Source: Octopus bimaculoides (taxonomy: Eukaryota). Taken from it: a stretch of DNA of 64,000 nucleotides. The notes below the pieces were generated by a model. The model ran no database searches. It was given only the letters and a program-made list of their open reading frames with translations, and was not told where the DNA came from. Made by a program: the position numbers and the translations under genes. This document shows, piece after piece, positions 58,616 through 64,000 of this stretch (its first letter is position 1; every line of letters starts with the position of its first letter). The stretch is from positions 5,258,577 through 5,322,576 of the forward strand of contig NC_068987.1 in the NCBI RefSeq assembly GCF_001194135.2, in the 5' to 3' direction.

Positions 58616-59458
58616 GGTGGTGGTGGTGGTAGTGGTGAGCTAGCAGAATCGTTAGCACGCCAGGCAAAATGCTTAGCAGCTATTTGTCCGTCCTTACGTT
58701 CTGAGTTCAAATTCTACTGAGGTTGACTTTGCCTTTCATCCCGTTCGGGTTCAATAAAATAAGTACCAGTTATGCACTGGGGTTGATGTTGAGGTGGTGG
58801 GATTGGTCCTGTTAACTTCATCCTTCTTCACAAATGTTTGGCCTTCTGCAAATATTATAAATAGTTTTCTTTTATTTGCCTCATAGCTCAAACAGTAAAT
58901 TTCTCTCCATAAGTAAAGTGCATTTTTGCCCCAACATGACCTGCAGATTTAAGTTCCAAATTATGACACACCAAACTAATTCCATTAACTGTTTTGATCC
59001 CAGCCCCTCAGAAATTGACCCTGGTTCTATGTTACAAACATTCTGCTTTAAAGGGAGTTAAATTTACACATCCCATTAAAATTTCATGTTATTTTCTAAA
59101 CACCATTTTAATAATTGACAAAGTAATTCTAGTAAATTTTTCATTATTTAAAAAATGAATTGAAATAAAAGCAGTTTATTTCTACTGAATTATGGTAACA
59201 AATGAGTTAATGCTTCGTTTGGCACTTCTTTGATGATTGTGAAAACATACCTCTGGTAATATTTCCAAAGCATCCCTCATCATCAACAATCATTCTTTAA
59301 ATCATGACAATATTTCTACTTTTGGCATTGGTAATACATTTAGATTAAAGCTGCTGCCTTGAGGATTTTGAGTGTTGGGGGTACTGAATATGTGAATAAG
59401 TTTGCTTATGTAATCATACATGTATTCCTGTATAACTGATTGGGGTAAATGTACTTAA

Positions 59459-59674
59459 CTGTTTAGTATGTAGACTAGCCATCTCCTGCCCAAATATTCT
59501 GCCTGTTTTGTTGAAACTGACCAGATCCAGCCTCTCACTCTTATTGTGCAATGTCATTCAAAAAAACTAATCACATCTTCGAAATCTCAAAGCTATCAGA
59601 TAATATAGGATTAATTTTATGAAATGGGAATATATAAGTATAATATTTGACAAAGTAATCTGAATGCTATAGGG
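59459..59674. mobile_element. piggyBac-like MITE family 2 copy
   Basis: TTAA-flanked; ends TCTGAATGCTATAGGG|TTAA; interior homologous to 62126-62325. Confidence 0.7.
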
Positions 59675-59702
59675 TTAAACACCATAAGAATTTAGAAAAA
59701 TA

Positions 59703-59987
59703 CAGTGGTACCTCACAGTACGAGTTAAATTTGTTCTATGACCGAGCTCATCTTAAGATTTACTTTTTTTATAAATCAATTTTCCCCACTGAAATTAATT
59801 AAAATATAATTAATCCATTTCGCCCAAACTCAAAAATAATTTNNNNNNNNNNATATGTAAACTGGTTTTATTAACAGAATTGCTTTAAAGATGGGACGAT
59901 TTGTGTGCTTGTACTGTGGATGAGTCTCAGCTCATACAGCAAATTACTTACACAGTGGTGCACTCATACTGTGAGGTGGTTCTACTG
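59703..59987. mobile_element. pogo/Tigger-like MITE
   Basis: TA|CAGTGGTACCTCACAGTACGAGT ... ACTCATACTGTGAGGTGGTTCTACTG|TA imperfect TIRs. Confidence 0.7.
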
Positions 59988-62125
59988 TATTTGTTTGTAA
60001 CTGTAGAACTAGATGTAGCTAAACTGTACAAAATAGCTTGTAGATATTGGGTTTAAAAGTCCATTTGGGTAGGAAATTTGATGATTAAACGCACAGTTTT
60101 CTGTATGTATGTATGTACCTGATCAGGTTTCTATCTTAGTAGTCGTGTGTGTTTGTGTATGTATTTGAGAAGATACACATTTTTTGTATTCCTAGACATT
60201 GTTGAATCATATCTGACAGAAACAAAAATGCTGCTCAGTGGCCAAATATTTACCTTATTGAAGAAAAATTCTGTGTGTAAATTGTAATTCAGTACAAGAA
60301 AGCTGTAAATGAGGAATGTTATATTAGCTTGCAGTGCAGGACGCAAATTCTCTGAAAGCATGAATTAAAAAGGATAGGTACAGGATATGATATTTTTTGT
60401 TCATCCAAGAAATATTATATGCAAATTAAGTTTCCAGTGAAAACCATTTAATTTCCCTTTGTCTGACCTTCAGGTCTGCATTGAGTGATGGGAAGTCATT
60501 ATTGTTGTCATCATTTACAGTTCACATTTTCATTCTTGCATGAATCGGATGAAATTTTTTGAGGCAAATTTTGAATGGTCTGATGCCCTTCATGTCACCA
60601 TAATGCACCTGTTTCCAGGGCAAGGTAATACCTTGCTTGTATGACAATGATGCTTATTTGCAACCATCACATGGTGTCGAGAAAAACGTTACATACAAAC
60701 ACACATGCATACATATATGTTTGTGTAAACGCATGGCCTTGTGGTTAGGGATGCTGCATTCATGAGTGTGAGGTGACGGTTTCAATTCTCAGACCAGTTG
60801 TATGCTGTGCTCTTGAGCAAAATATTTTATTTCTTGTTGGTCCAGTCCATTCAGCCATAAACGGGTGACCCTGTTACAGACTAGGCTCCCCCAATCAGGG
60901 GGGATGTTGGCCTTCTCACCTAGCCACTAGGGTGGCATCATTTGACAGCTAAAACAATGCAAAGTGTATTGTGACCAGCAATGTATAACAAATCTCTGAT
61001 AGTTTGGTTGATACCACAATAGTGCCTGTGTTTGTGCCACGTAAAAAGCACTCAGTCCACTCTGCTGAGTGGTTGGTGTCAGGAAGGGCATCCAGCTGTA
61101 AAAATCCTGCCAAAACTGTCACAGAAGACTGGGGCAGGCTCCAGCCTGGCCAGCTCTTGTCAAACCGTTCCACCCATGCCAGCTTGGAAGATGGATGTTA
61201 AACAATGATGATGATGATATATATGTATGTGTGTATCTCTTATATTTTTTACTTGTTTTCAGTCATTTGGCAGCGACCATGCTGGGGTACCACCTTGAAG
61301 AATTTTAGTCGAACAGATTGAACCCTCAGGACTTTTTTTTTCTTTTGAAGCCTGGTACTTATTCCGTCAGTCTCTTTTACTGAAATACTAAGTCATGGGG
61401 ATGTAAACATACCAACACTGGTTGTCCAGCAGTGATGGGGGACAAACACAGAAACACACACTCATATATAATGGGCTTCTTTCAGTTTCCATCTACCAAA
61501 TTCACTCACAAGGTTTTGTTCAACCCAAGGCTATAGTAGATGATACTTGCCTTAGGTGCCACACACTGGTATTGAACCCAGGACCATGTAGTTGGGAAGC
61601 AAACTTCTCACCACACAACCACGCCTCTGCCTATTTGGTCAACTTTCTCTCTGCCCATTCTGGAAGGGTAACAAAGTTGACTCTGACAGTACTTGAACTC
61701 AGCACTTGAAGAGTCATGATAAAACACTGCAATCTGTTTTGTCCGATGCTCTGATGAGCTTGGCAATTAGTAATAATTGTGACAGTACTTTCACCACTTA
61801 TCATTAAGTTCCAAACAGGAAAATTTTATATCTCATTTGTAGAAATCCCAGAATGTGGATGAGAACTATATTTAACCATAATTAGGTTACGTGCTCATTA
61901 ATTTTCAGGTCATGAATTAGTATCATATTCTATAAGAGGATATGTAATTGATTAGTTTTTATTATCTTCTAAGGCTTGTTCCAACTTTTGATATAGGTAA
62001 AACTTGCAGCTGGCTTATGTATTTGATAGTATAAAACATGTGTGGGTATATTAGACGCATCCCAATTTCAGAATTGCATTTTCAAGAAAATTGTTTTTTA
62101 GTACTTTAAAACATGTAATATTTAA

Positions 62126-62325
62126 CCATTTAGCATTCAAACAGTTATATCCAGCCCTGTTTTAAGTTCAAACTGGCCAGATCCGGCTTCTCACATTTAC
62201 CCTGCAATGTCGTTCTCAAAATAAACGATCACATCATCAATATCTTAAAGCTATGAGATAATCCATGATTAATTCAAAACAATGTGAAACATTACATTTG
62301 ACAGAGTAATCTGAATGATGAAGGG
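62126..62325. mobile_element. piggyBac-like MITE family 2
   Basis: TTAA|CCATTTAGCATTCA ... TGAATGATGAAGGG|TTAA. The interior (ggccagatcc...caatgtc...aaaataa) is shared with copies at 57153-57364, 59459-59674 and about 37013-37170. Confidence 0.75.
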
Positions 62326-62878
62326 TTAAATCTACCCCAGTATATCACTGGTACTTTATTTCATCAACCCTACAAGGCTGAAGGTAAAGTTAGTCTTAAT
62401 CTTGTATTATAATTAAATCTTTTTTGCCCATAAGGGGCGAAATATAGAGGGGACAAACAAGGACAGACAAAGGGACTAAGTCGATTACATCGACCCCAGT
62501 GCATAACTGGTACTTGTTTAATCGACCCCAAAAGGATGAAAGGCAAAGACGACCTTGGCGGAATTTGAACTCTAGCTACATTTTGGCATTAAAAAATTGA
62601 GATTTGGTCCTGTAGAAAAATGTTTACATCAAAATTTGTAGCAACGTTATGGGAGAGTAAGTAACGCCTCCAATCAAGTTTATATCTAAATAACTTTTTT
62701 ATTTTAAAAGCAAAATATATTTATCTTAGTTTAAATGATAGAAGAAAACATGAAACAAACTATATTTTAATTAAGCTTAAATAGAGCTCAATTCAAGGAA
62801 TTTCATGGTATCAATATCATGCAATGAAGTTTTAAAAGAAAAAAAGTTATGAGTGTTTGTTTCTCACATTTGAGGGTG

Positions 62879-62945
62879 ATAATATAGTTCTATACTTTTT
62901 TTATGAATATAGTTCTATACTTTTTTTTATGAATATAGTTCTATA
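62879..62945. repeat. Short tandem duplication (AATATAGTTCTATAC(T)nATG, about 2.5 copies)
   Basis: Directly visible. Confidence 0.85.
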
Positions 62946-64000
62946 AGGAGACCTTTAATATATGTCACCAGCCTCATTGCGGTAAGGAAAAATTATCAAT
63001 GACACTGCTAATTGACACATTATTAATTAGCATAATAGTATAGCCTGGAGAAAAGATGGATTACATGGAAAAATGCAAGCAAGTGAAGTAATATTCTTAA
63101 GATGATAAACCTGGAGAAGTACAGGACAGGTTATTACATCTGGTAAAGTACAGAATAAGAAATTGTTTACTTAAAATATCACAGCCAAGGATAAAATTTG
63201 AATATTAAAAATCATTTGATTGTAATTTACAAAGTAACATTATAATTAAAAAAAGGTACCATCATTTTGTTAAAATGTTGACACACTAGAATACTTAATG
63301 AATGAGAGCCAGAAGTACTAATATAGCTAAAGTTTTGAGCAAAGTAGAATAGTATACATGGTAGGCAAATTCATTTTGTAAAAAATAGGCATTGGGTCAA
63401 GACTAAAAATGTGAAGACTTGGCAGTAACTAGTTTATTTATTGTACTAACTAATTATGTACTACTATTATTTTTTATAACTTATTTTCAAATTTCTAATT
63501 ATTAATTAATAATTAAACAGATTATAGCAGTGACTCCATCTAAGAATATCTGTAGAAGGAATTGTATTCTGAATTATCATCAGACTATGGATAATTAAAT
63601 TACAACAGGTATATAGTCCATTTTTTTTTTTTGTATTATAATGCATTGTTGTACCATTCAAAACTTTTTATTCTTTACAAACAATACACAATGCTTCAAG
63701 CGAACTGCAATGCTCTCTTAAAAAAATGAATTTTTTTAAAGTGTAAAAAATATTATAATTGAATTATTTTTATTTTTAATAGAAGTAACAATAACAAATA
63801 GAAGTAATAGCTTGTAATAAAATTTTAGTTTTAGTAAAAGCTAATATTTTTAAAATCTAAATATTTTATTTGAAATTTTATCCTTGGCTGTGATATTTTA
63901 AGTAAACAATTTCTTATTCTGTACTTTACCAGATGTAATAACTTGTCCTGTACTTTCCCAGGTTTATAATCTTAAGAATATAATTTCCCTTGCTTGCATT

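Overview
AT-rich, microsatellite- and SINE-saturated animal genomic DNA from a draft assembly with 13 N-gaps. The repeat families and (TA)n/(CA)n/(CAT)n density suggest a coleoid cephalopod such as Octopus (inference; no database search was possible). One protein-coding gene is recognisable, on the + strand: a CDF-family zinc exporter of the ZnT1/SLC30A1 type. Six coding exons were read with GT-AG junctions (35980-36162, 40472-40606, 41683-41824, 42534-42577, 42988-43067, 48273-48596); the four internal exons join in frame, and the HMLSD/HVLGD Zn-site motifs and the C-terminal Cys cluster are present. Two expected coding blocks (TM3-TM4 and the cytosolic CTD) were not found in the assembled bases. 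A CpG-rich, repeat-free candidate promoter about 14 kb upstream carries two perfect metal-response elements and an ATG-free leader exon, and a second TATA/first-exon candidate lies at about 6.9-7.3 kb. The rest is mostly transposon debris: RTE, I/Jockey-like, R4/Dong-like and CR1-like LINE fragments, at least four tRNA-headed SINE families, mariner, pogo/Tigger-like and piggyBac-like MITEs, and Helitron-type elements. The most unusual structural signals are a tRNA-headed SINE with a Penelope/hammerhead-like tail, a perfect 367-bp inverted duplication of a dead LINE, a microsatellite-centred palindrome, a modular hairpin VNTR in the RTE 3' UTR and a head-to-tail SINE array. I found no CRISPR array, rRNA or convincing true tRNA, and no convincing wholly new multi-gene system.
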